Shown: piece by piece, positions 22,933 to 31,060 of the stretch | Position numbering within the stretch: position 1 is the stretch's first letter | How the letters are laid out: each line of letters opens with the position of its first letter | Source: Candidatus Saccharimonadota bacterium | Lineage (GTDB): Archaea; Micrarchaeota; Micrarchaeia; Micrarchaeales; Micrarchaeaceae | Direction: 5' to 3' | Length of the DNA: 32,000 nt | Assembly (NCBI GenBank): GCA_963705375.1 | Contig: OY970071.1 | Span: forward strand, 1,140,001 to 1,172,000 | Position numbers and translations under genes: made by a program | Notes under the pieces: model-generated | The model's input: the letters and a program-made list of their open reading frames with translations, nothing else | Told to the model about the DNA's origin: nothing | The model's database searches: none

Positions 22933-24026
22933 AAACCGGAATCAATTCCAATGCAAAGTATGCAAGCACGATGATGTGCATGGATGGCATGTCGGAACCT
23001 TCGCTAGAAGATGATTCTGGGGTCTATCTGGGCAAGACGCGCGTGTATCATACGCCGTTCTTCTTGGATACAAGCAAGCTATTGAATCCACATATCGCGG
23101 TGCTCGGCATGTCTGGTGCCGGCAAGACGTATTTCCTTAAGAGCCTTATAGCAAGGAATGCGCTGTGCTGCAACACTAAAGTTCTGGTGCTCGACTGGAA
23201 CGGAGAGTACAGCAATTTGATATCATTTCTTGGAGGGACCGTGTTTGATTCGGCAGTTGTGCCTCCATCTTTCGGTACCATCTCTTCAAGGCAGATTGCC
23301 AGCATAGATCTGTCAGTGCAGAAGAACGATACCGAAAGGAAACTCACTGCGGCACAGCTCCTTGACATGTTGATCGACGGGATGCATAGCCTGCGATTAG
23401 AGAAAGATCTCGGCCGCATAGTGGTGCTCGATGAGGCATGGCGTTTCATCGAGAGTGCAGGCGATATCGGTGCACTGTTTAGGGAGGGCAGAAAGTACGG
23501 AATAGGGATAGTCACCGCCACACAACTTACAAGCGACGTAAGCAAGGAGGTTCTCTCGAATGCCGCATGCACCGTACTCTTCAGATTGCAGAACAGCACA
23601 GATTACTCATTTCTACTAGATGCTGAGATAATCGACGAATTCGAGAAGCAGCGCATTTTGCAACTGAACCAAGGTGCGTGCATGCTTTCCATGGCTATGA
23701 AAGAAAAAAGTGGCCATGTGCGATTTTTCATAGAGCGCATAGACGGCGTTGACACCAAGCTTTACGGTATACGATGTGATGCGATGTATTTGAGAATAGC
23801 AGGATATGAGTTCCAGAAGATCACCGAAAGGCATTTTGCTGGTTCAGACGTACGACAGAAGATAGAGAGCTATATGGGCATCAATGACCGGGAGCTTGAA
23901 GCGACTGCCTTTGTAAAGTTCCTGTTAAAGATCGGATTGCACAGACAAGAGATAGTGCCTTATCTCAGAGCGCTGCGCATAAGCGACGCCATGATCGCAG
24001 AGGTGTACGAGCGTGCAGGACAATAG
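22929..24026 (+). CDS. VirB4/TrbE/CedB-type ATPase domain (FtsK-HerA superfamily)
   Basis: Walker A is GMSGAGKT (nt 23106-23129). Walker B is IVVLDEAWRF, the DEAW form typical of VirB4. GRKYGIGIVTATQ is the RK...TQ motif. At 365 aa it is only about the C-terminal half of a canonical VirB4. Confidence 0.8.
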   Translation: MKTGINSNAKYASTMMCMDGMSEPSLEDDSGVYLGKTRVYHTPFFLDTSKLLNPHIAVLGMSGAGKTYFLKSLIARNALCCNTKVLVLDWNGEYSNLISFLGGTVFDSAVVPPSFGTISSRQIASIDLSVQKNDTERKLTAAQLLDMLIDGMHSLRLEKDLGRIVVLDEAWRFIESAGDIGALFREGRKYGIGIVTATQLTSDVSKEVLSNAACTVLFRLQNSTDYSFLLDAEIIDEFEKQRILQLNQGACMLSMAMKEKSGHVRFFIERIDGVDTKLYGIRCDAMYLRIAGYEFQKITERHFAGSDVRQKIESYMGINDRELEATAFVKFLLKIGLHRQEIVPYLRALRISDAMIAEVYERAGQ

Positions 24027-24657
24027 ACGGTTGCTGTGTTCTTGTTTTCACGTGCATGCACGTTTAGTTTCTAGTCTGGCAGAAGCGGGAAATGCGCTAA
24101 ACTCTTTCCGATGCCTTAAACTGTGCTCTTCAGGAACTAGGCGCGTGTATGTGATTGTCGAGGCGGCAAAGAGAGACCATGAGGCTCTTTTAGAGCTATG
24201 CCGGGATTCGATATCTCTCAAGTTCTTTTTCGCGAAACCAGACCGAAGAGAATACACCGATAATTTGCTTAAGTTTCTCTCCATTCTTGCTTATCTCAAG
24301 GCATTCTATTCTGTAGACTTTGTTGAAGTATATCCTTACATCGTAGAAGCTCTGCACAACGGCTGGTCATTCTCTGTCCTCGATGATCAGTCCATTGATG
24401 ATGTACTGAGCCAGCGTATAGTCGCATTGAGCGGCATAAATGTGACACTCTCGCGAGAGCTCGTCATTCTCTCAAGAGAAAAGAAGATGCTGAATGAGAA
24501 AGCACGGACTTACAGAAGGTTCTGTGCCGAAGTATTAGAGAATGCGCGCTCCATGACCCGAACTGGAGATGCCGGACAGCACGCCGCACTGTATTCTCTT
24601 GGAGTGGGCGATGCTGAAATAAGCGCAGTTGCCTCGTTACTGGCTGAAAAAGAGTGA
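24013..24657 (+). CDS. hypothetical soluble protein of the cluster (214 aa)
   Basis: It is a same-strand ORF overlapping both neighbours (GTG start inside the end of the ATPase gene). No motif recognised. Confidence 0.55.
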   Translation: MQDNRRLLCSCFHVHARLVSSLAEAGNALNSFRCLKLCSSGTRRVYVIVEAAKRDHEALLELCRDSISLKFFFAKPDRREYTDNLLKFLSILAYLKAFYSVDFVEVYPYIVEALHNGWSFSVLDDQSIDDVLSQRIVALSGINVTLSRELVILSREKKMLNEKARTYRRFCAEVLENARSMTRTGDAGQHAALYSLGVGDAEISAVASLLAEKE

Positions 24658-25639
24658 TGTATTGATTGATACTTCTACCAGATTTTTGGCGTGCACAATT
24701 CTGTCGTTGGCTTTCTTAGCACTCCTATTGCACATTTCCGCTGCAGATACGTGCAAAGTGCTTTGCTTGCAAAAAGTCGGAATTAGCGGAAACCATATCG
24801 TTGCGTATGTGCACTACGATGGTTCTGTTCTACACAGTAGACTCGTTGAGGTCGTGCTAAACGATAGATACTTCGCAAGCATTTCAACTAACTATAGTGG
24901 CGTACTGAGCGTGTATGCGCCCTTCTCTTTGGGCAGGAATATGGTGTCCATTGAATATGCTGGAAGCGTTGCAGAGTATCCTATATATTATTTCGGCAAC
25001 TATCTCAGTCTTGCGCTCCTGCCGATCGGGATTGCGTTCTATTTCTCCATCAAACTCATCTCTGAACACATTACCTCAAACAAAGAGGTGATGATTGTCT
25101 TTGACTGCGAGCACGGCGAGTGTCACAATTCGCTAGACAAGAGGCTAATTCAGGATACTGCTGTGCAGTTGTACAAGCGGAACGCCCGCATGCGCATGGT
25201 GAAGGCATTGCCTGTAAGCGTTAACGAGATATCTGCTGCTTTGCACGAGCACTTGGGCTGTCCGAGTCCAATCAACAATGATGAATTCATAGGATCTGTT
25301 TGCGCAGATGTATATCTGGGCGTGCTTTGTAGGAGTGCGATGCCGTATCGTGAAATAGCTGCGAAAAGAATTTACGAGACTGCAATCAACACGGGATCCT
25401 ATGCATTGAAGGACGGCATGTCTGTGTCCTCTTTCTTAAAATCAAATTGCGTCATACACTTCATCGAGATGCATTCCGGCTTGAAGCGCGGGCTGTACGG
25501 TTCAAATCACATATGCATAGCTGTCTCTACGTGCAGCGAGAAGAAAGAGGTTCAGGCCCTTCTTGCAAGGTGCTCCGGCGCATGTGCGTTCATGCTATTC
25601 AACGAGCTCAACGGATTCATGAGTGTGATAGGGTGCTGA
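24629..25639 (+). CDS. bitopic/2-TM membrane protein with a beta-rich ectodomain and a Cys-containing cytoplasmic domain (336 aa)
   Basis: TM1 is FLACTILSLAFLALLLHISAA and TM2 is LSLALLPIGIAFYFSIKLI, with a beta-strand-like segment between them. The TTG start is from the track and is uncertain. Confidence 0.6.
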   Translation: MPRYWLKKSDVLIDTSTRFLACTILSLAFLALLLHISAADTCKVLCLQKVGISGNHIVAYVHYDGSVLHSRLVEVVLNDRYFASISTNYSGVLSVYAPFSLGRNMVSIEYAGSVAEYPIYYFGNYLSLALLPIGIAFYFSIKLISEHITSNKEVMIVFDCEHGECHNSLDKRLIQDTAVQLYKRNARMRMVKALPVSVNEISAALHEHLGCPSPINNDEFIGSVCADVYLGVLCRSAMPYREIAAKRIYETAINTGSYALKDGMSVSSFLKSNCVIHFIEMHSGLKRGLYGSNHICIAVSTCSEKKEVQALLARCSGACAFMLFNELNGFMSVIGC

Positions 25640-25818
25640 TCGAAAGATACTTTGCCAGAATAGGGCTTGCAATATGCCTTGCCATATTGAACATAGGTTC
25701 GCTTCTCATGCTGTTTGGAAATAGCCGCGAGGATTCCGGAATGCGCAAGGTCGGAACAGATGCCGTTGTGGGTGCGCTGCTCCTGGCTTTCATTTCTTTT
25801 ATTGTGTACTTTTGGTGA
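25633..25818 (+). CDS. small 2-TM protein (61 aa) from GTG overlapping the upstream stop
   Basis: VLIERYFARIGLAICLAILNIGSLLMLFG...DAVVGALLLAFISFIVYFW forms two hydrophobic helices. GTG 25633 overlaps TGA 25637-25639 of the preceding gene. The part of track ORF 25447..25818 upstream of this is R/H/C-rich and implausible. Confidence 0.45.
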   Translation: MLIERYFARIGLAICLAILNIGSLLMLFGNSREDSGMRKVGTDAVVGALLLAFISFIVYFW

Positions 25819-25861
25819 TTGCACGTTCAAAAACATAAAGAGCTTCTATCGTAGTGCCAAC

Positions 25862-26110
25862 ATGTATGAGGCACTTTTTGCCTCTTTTGTAGGCGCATTT
25901 GCGATATTTGCCGCACTTCTCGGCATCGAGAAAGCGATGGCTCCATTGTATGCTTTGAATCCCGTTACAATTTACCTGGCACTGCCTGCCGGATTCTGCA
26001 TAGTCTTTGCATACGTTGTCAAGCGTAGAGTCGACATGCCAAGAACCCTTAGGCTAGGGCTTCTTTCTGGTATGCTTCTTTCCCTTGTGCTGATATGCGT
26101 GATCCTGTGA
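25862..26110 (+). CDS. small 3-TM membrane protein (82 aa)
   Basis: MYEALFASFVGAFAIFAALLG...IYLALPAGFCIVFAYVV...LGLLSGMLLSLVLICVIL. Its end overlaps the start of the 761-aa ATPase by 16 nt. Confidence 0.5.
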   Translation: MYEALFASFVGAFAIFAALLGIEKAMAPLYALNPVTIYLALPAGFCIVFAYVVKRRVDMPRTLRLGLLSGMLLSLVLICVIL

Positions 26111-28380
26111 ATGTGAGATTTGATGCATTTAGGGTAACTGCATTGCCAAATAAGGAACCGGACAAAGTATCCTTCTTTGAAATCATCGGAAGGAATGCAT
26201 TTCTGCTTTTGTACGATCTTAGTCAGAAAACCACCTTCTTGTGCATCGATGCGAGCATCTCCGAAAAGAAGGTGAAGGACATACGCCAGTCAATACCTGG
26301 AATCGGATTTGAAAGAACAGAGTGCGCGGTGTTTAACGCAACCATGAGCCTGAAGGTATTGTCGTGCTACAAGAGGCCTGAGCGGATAGAGGAGTCGGAC
26401 GAGCATCACATGCACGACATATTTGATCTTGCCCTTGGCGATGGGTTTGTTGCAGTGGCTTTCCTGCCCGCAAGCGAGAAGGAGCTAGAACGGGCAAAAT
26501 CTTACGTGGAACGGACACTGAGCAGGAAAGAAGTCAGGGAAACGCGCTCTGCCGTGACTGAGATATTCAGCAAGAAATCCAGTTCATCAACACAGCGAGA
26601 TCTGTTCATGGAATCGGAAGAGACTGCATTACTTAACAGCATGTTGAGCTCAATAAACAATGCAATACTGGGCAATAGCCTAGCATACAAACAGTTTTTC
26701 ATCATACCAAAGGAATGCACGGAGTTGCAAGAGTATCTTTCAACAAGATTTATGCTGCTTAACGAATCCGAATGCAACTCTAGTCTTGCAGAGAAACTGG
26801 CGGAGCTTTTTAGCGCGCGAGCATTCCCTCTAGGCACAGATTACCTGAATAACTTCGTGAATTTCTATGGCGCTTACAAACTCAACTATGTTCTGCCCAC
26901 CATCTCGCAAAGCACGAAAAAGGGCATAGCGATAGGCACATTCATGAAGAATGGCGTTGCAGAAACAAATCATGTCGTAAGGATAGAGCAGTCGACAATG
27001 AACCTTGGTTTTATAATAACGGGTTTGCCTGGCAGCGGCAAGACCAAGGAGGCGATGGCAATAATAGATGCTGTGAAGGCTAGCAATAATTGCACACGGA
27101 TCCTTGTAATCGCGCCCACCAACGAATGGGATGGCTTTGCCATTGCGCATGGTATGCATCTGATAAGGCCTTACGTGGACAAGATCCCGATCAATCTCTT
27201 TCGATGCCCTCCGAAAGCGCAGAGGGAAAAATTCTATGAGAACCTTGCCCTTGTACTTGCAAGCGCATCTAATGCAGGACCGTACCAGAACCCTCTGGAA
27301 CAATGCCTGCTGAACGCGTTCAGGAGAATCTACTCAGAAACAGATACTCCAAATCCAATTAACGTGTATGCTGCAATAGAGGACTCGATAATACGGTTCC
27401 ATGCAAAGAAGACAAATGCGGGCATAACGTACACCAAACACGGCGAAAACATAAGATCTGCATTGGAAAATCTACGTGCAATCCTCAGCAAACCAGAATA
27501 CGCTGTGAGTGAAGGTGTACTGATTGAGGAACTTTCAGAGAAAGGAATAATTTTCGATGTATCTGGCGTGAGCAGTGGGAAGAGGGCGTATCTATATGCG
27601 CTGCTGCTGAATCAGATATACGCGATTGCTGCAGAGTTTGACACTGACGGCGATGATGCGCTCAGGCTTCTCATATGCCTTGAGGAGGCACAGACCGTCT
27701 TAGGCAACAAGGAATCGGCAGCAATACAAGACCTTAGGCAACGCATACAGGATTTCCGGAAACAAGGCATAGGGCTCATGCTTCTTGCGCACAACATCAG
27801 CGACATAGAGCAAAGCGTGCGTAGACTCTGTCAGATAAAGCTGTATCTAAAACAGGCACCGGATGTTGCTGCGGTTGCGGCGAAAGACCTCATATTCACG
27901 TATGCCTGCGAAGACGATGTCGTGCTCAAACTAAAGCTCTTGGACTCCCGAATAGGTGCTTTCAGCTACGTTCTGAAAGACAATGGAGAAAAGCTGGCCC
28001 AAGACACGACGTTCATAAGGACCGTAGACTATTCCGACAAATCGAGCTTTCACATCAACGCATTGGATGCCTATGTCCAAAAGAGAGGTCTACGCGTGCC
28101 TGCTGTCATCAACGCAAAATTCAGCATCTTTCTAGACATTGTTGGCGAAGCAAGCAAACTGCAACAGAACACACACTATATGCGATTCAAAAATCTTGGC
28201 GAGGAGCTTTTCATACACACAATAAGCGGTTCCTGCACAATAATGCAAGAACTCATAGAAGGGTCCGAGTACACTATTCAACTCCTAGACAGAAAAGAGC
28301 GCACAATCTGCGAATTCAGGATAAAAGCGTGCCCTGCAATAAACCTGCACATCCGTGCGGAGTCGATAGATATTCTTTAG
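26095..28380 (+). CDS. large HerA/VirD4(TraG)-like P-loop ATPase (FtsK-HerA superfamily), 761 aa
   Basis: Walker A is GLPGSGKTKEAM. Walker B is RLLICLEEAQ, the EEA(H/Q) form seen in HerA/DUF87-type proteins. FRKQGIGLMLLAHNISD follows. The N-terminal roughly 300 aa and C-terminal roughly 180 aa are unrecognised. Confidence 0.8.
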   Translation: MRDPVNVRFDAFRVTALPNKEPDKVSFFEIIGRNAFLLLYDLSQKTTFLCIDASISEKKVKDIRQSIPGIGFERTECAVFNATMSLKVLSCYKRPERIEESDEHHMHDIFDLALGDGFVAVAFLPASEKELERAKSYVERTLSRKEVRETRSAVTEIFSKKSSSSTQRDLFMESEETALLNSMLSSINNAILGNSLAYKQFFIIPKECTELQEYLSTRFMLLNESECNSSLAEKLAELFSARAFPLGTDYLNNFVNFYGAYKLNYVLPTISQSTKKGIAIGTFMKNGVAETNHVVRIEQSTMNLGFIITGLPGSGKTKEAMAIIDAVKASNNCTRILVIAPTNEWDGFAIAHGMHLIRPYVDKIPINLFRCPPKAQREKFYENLALVLASASNAGPYQNPLEQCLLNAFRRIYSETDTPNPINVYAAIEDSIIRFHAKKTNAGITYTKHGENIRSALENLRAILSKPEYAVSEGVLIEELSEKGIIFDVSGVSSGKRAYLYALLLNQIYAIAAEFDTDGDDALRLLICLEEAQTVLGNKESAAIQDLRQRIQDFRKQGIGLMLLAHNISDIEQSVRRLCQIKLYLKQAPDVAAVAAKDLIFTYACEDDVVLKLKLLDSRIGAFSYVLKDNGEKLAQDTTFIRTVDYSDKSSFHINALDAYVQKRGLRVPAVINAKFSIFLDIVGEASKLQQNTHYMRFKNLGEELFIHTISGSCTIMQELIEGSEYTIQLLDRKERTICEFRIKACPAINLHIRAESIDIL

Positions 28381-28458
28381 CATTATTAACACAAATACTT
28401 ACAAAGTGAATGATGGAAGTCGGAGAAGCAAACATGTAGACTTACGGATTATCATATA

Positions 28459-28872
28459 TTATTCCAAGAGTTTAAGCATATCTTCTGTCTTTAATATTTT
28501 AATTACTTTTTGCATTGCGAAATGTTTATCATCGCTCCATATTCCATCATTTTCTACGGCGAGTGCCAGAGCGATGAAGGGCGTATCATCTGGATCGATC
28601 CCATCCATTATTGCTTTTGCAGGGCCAAACCTTTCCTTTATGGCAATATCCTCAACTATATATATTCTTTTGAAAAGTGCAGACATCAAAGTGTCCAAAG
28701 CGTGTTCTGTTATGTGCACTTTGCCAAGTATTTCCTTTTTGTGGCCTTCCAATTCTTTTTTTGTGAATTCTGTAGTTAAAAACTCAAATTTGTTTGAAAA
28801 CAATATCCTTCTGCTTGCAGAATCCTTAATTAAGGCGGCAATAATACGGTTGGTGTCTACGACTATTTTCAT
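28459..28872 (-). CDS. PIN-domain protein (VapC-like toxin)
   Basis: [14 protein letters not shown] is the N-terminal PIN Asp. ...[26 protein letters not shown] carries the C-terminal acidic residues. It has a 4-nt overlap with the upstream small gene. Confidence 0.85.
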   Translation of the reverse strand: MKIVVDTNRIIAALIKDSASRRILFSNKFEFLTTEFTKKELEGHKKEILGKVHITEHALDTLMSALFKRIYIVEDIAIKERFGPAKAIMDGIDPDDTPFIALALAVENDGIWSDDKHFAMQKVIKILKTEDMLKLLE

Positions 28873-29090
28873 ACCTCGAACCTTTTGCGGATATCGTGCT
28901 TTATCTTATGCCCTATCTCCTCTGCCTCTTTTTCATTGAGTTCGCTTTTAGCAAGCAATTTATCCATGTTGCGCAGTTCCTCTAGCTTTCTCTTTATGGC
29001 TTGCCGCGCCACTTCGCTCCATTTGAGTTCCTTGTGCCTCTTCATCTCTTTGAACAGCTCTTTTGGCAGTGATAGTGTTATGTTGACCAT
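28869..29090 (-). CDS. ribbon-helix-helix-like antitoxin (73 aa from ATG 29090)
   Basis: [39 protein letters not shown] has an RHH pattern (beta strand then two helices). The aaatatataaag box is upstream. The extra N-terminus of track ORF 28869..29180 is implausible. Confidence 0.7.
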   Translation of the reverse strand: MVNITLSLPKELFKEMKRHKELKWSEVARQAIKRKLEELRNMDKLLAKSELNEKEAEEIGHKIKHDIRKRFEV

Positions 29091-29300
29091 GAATATCACA
29101 CATAGTCTTATGTGTAAATAAATATATAAAGTTTTAGTTAAGGACTTATTACAGAAACAAACAAGCTCTGAGAGGCCCATAAATGAGAGTTACTTACCTA
29201 TTGTCCTTCATTGCGGTGATACTGTAAAGGGGCGCGGCTTTACAGGATAAGATCCTTTAATTTAGCGTGCTCTTAGGTTGCCCAAAGACTTGCGAAAAGC

Positions 29301-30917
29301 CTAGAGGTGTATCTGCTTCAGCATTTTCGGCTCGAATCCTTTCAGCTCATCTATCCTATCCATTATTCTTTCCAGTGCCGCATTCTTTGGTTCGTATTCT
29401 TCTTTTATTTTGATGGTTGAGCTGCCCTTGTCGATCGCCAGGCGTTTCCTGTATTCTTCAAAGTGCGCAACGGGATCACTGATGAATTCGGGATTATTGA
29501 TGAACTCAAATGGCAGATCTTTATCGACTGTTGCCATATCCTTTGAGAGACCATCGATAAACTTCTTGAATTCGTTGAGCTCGGATAGCTCCCTTATTGT
29601 TTCTGTCATATCCTCGACAAAGGCCCTTACAGGAATCACTGTCTTGTCATCGTCGTTTTTGTTCTTCAGTCCCCCTGTGATCGAGATATTTTCTACATCT
29701 TCCAGGCCTTTTCCCGTAGTTGCGGATAGTTCTACAAACAGCGTATCCATGCGCCTCTTTGCTCCCTTTACCTTTTCAAGAATTGGCGAGCTCACCGCAT
29801 TGAACAGCGGAAACTCGTTTGTTGTTAGATTACGGTTCCGCCAGTCAAGATTTTCGAAGAAGTCATTCATATCCTTTATGACGTGCCCGACATGTGCGCT
29901 TCTCTCCTCGCTCGCCTTCAGCTTAAGGTATTTCCGCAGTTTTAAGACATTGTCATTGAACTCGCAGGCCATTTTCAGCTCTTTGTCCCGGTGGACCGTG
30001 TCGTCTATGCTCTCTTTTATTTCGAACACTCTTTCCATGTTGATGCCTGCATTTTCCATTGCTTCTTTCTCGAACACATGCACCCTGACCCCCAGGCGCG
30101 CTTCCCTAAGCCTTGGGATTATATTGTTGTTTATTTCTCCTATAAGGACTCTGCTGATGTTATCCTGTATGGCTTTCAGCGCATTTGTCACTTCTGCATC
30201 CAGTTTCGCTTTCGTTTCTGCATTCACCGCATCTGACACTTCTTCATTCGGTACAAATTTAGCAGCATTCCTTGCAGCTGCCTCCAGTCTCATGTTGAGC
30301 ACACGCATATTGCGTCCGTGCGCGAGCGATTCGGTAATTCCTAGCATCTCTTTGTTTATTGTGCAGGTGTGAGGGTTTTCATCAATTTTGGCTTGATCAT
30401 ATTGCAGTACTGCGGCTAAACTCACAATGCCTTGCCACAGAACATGCACTTGCGCGGCGCCCTCAATGCTCAGAGGATCCTTGTCCTTAAAGTGATTCAT
30501 AAGTGTGTAGAGCGGGTTCGTCTCTTCGTTCAAGGAGCCGATCTTCTTATCTGATCTGAGCGTACAGCCGTTCCCTGGCGCTTTCGCCTCTCCTGGTGCC
30601 TCAACCCGTAAGAGCCTGCTGTTCTGGAGTCTGCTGTTTATGTTGCGTATCGGCTGAATCAAGATGGAGCTGCCGAAACTGCATTTTTCGAATGCAGCTA
30701 TCATCTGGCCTATCAGTTCCGGGTCTTTTTTCAGCTTATCGTACTTATCAATGTACTCTTTAAATTCAAGAACTGCTTTTGCGTCATTGCTCTGGAGAGT
30801 CGTCTTGTCCATACTTTCTATGGTCTCCTTTATCTCCGTCAGCCTGGCGAATCTTTGTGTTTCCTGAGCGTCATTGTCCTCTTGTGCGTTCTGCTCTTTT
30901 TGTTTATCTGCGGGCAT
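29301..30917 (-). CDS. large acidic, helix-rich hypothetical protein (538 aa)
   Basis: It is a long uninterrupted ORF with E/K/D/N-rich, protein-like composition. The antisense ORF 29410..30372 is S/F/L-rich, which is typical of an artefact. I recognise no motif. Confidence 0.75.
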   Translation of the reverse strand: MPADKQKEQNAQEDNDAQETQRFARLTEIKETIESMDKTTLQSNDAKAVLEFKEYIDKYDKLKKDPELIGQMIAAFEKCSFGSSILIQPIRNINSRLQNSRLLRVEAPGEAKAPGNGCTLRSDKKIGSLNEETNPLYTLMNHFKDKDPLSIEGAAQVHVLWQGIVSLAAVLQYDQAKIDENPHTCTINKEMLGITESLAHGRNMRVLNMRLEAAARNAAKFVPNEEVSDAVNAETKAKLDAEVTNALKAIQDNISRVLIGEINNNIIPRLREARLGVRVHVFEKEAMENAGINMERVFEIKESIDDTVHRDKELKMACEFNDNVLKLRKYLKLKASEERSAHVGHVIKDMNDFFENLDWRNRNLTTNEFPLFNAVSSPILEKVKGAKRRMDTLFVELSATTGKGLEDVENISITGGLKNKNDDDKTVIPVRAFVEDMTETIRELSELNEFKKFIDGLSKDMATVDKDLPFEFINNPEFISDPVAHFEEYRKRLAIDKGSSTIKIKEEYEPKNAALERIMDRIDELKGFEPKMLKQIHL

Positions 30918-31060
30918 TCAATTACAGTAAATAATTAGTTTATCTAGATATACGCCTTGCTTTTTGATACGGCTTTTGACGTAGGGCTTTGCAGCATGCT
31001 CTATATCGCATGTACCGATATGCCAGAGCAAAGGTATATATTCGTTTAAGGAGCTCAATT

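Noticed and set aside
23048-23599. 183-aa - strand ORF inside the VirB4-like gene
   Set aside because: The + strand frame carries Walker A/B and RK..TQ motifs. The antisense product is S/L/R-rich with no motif.
29410-30372. 320-aa + strand ORF
   Set aside because: It is extremely S/F/L-rich low complexity, the mirror of the E/K/N-rich 538-aa - strand protein.
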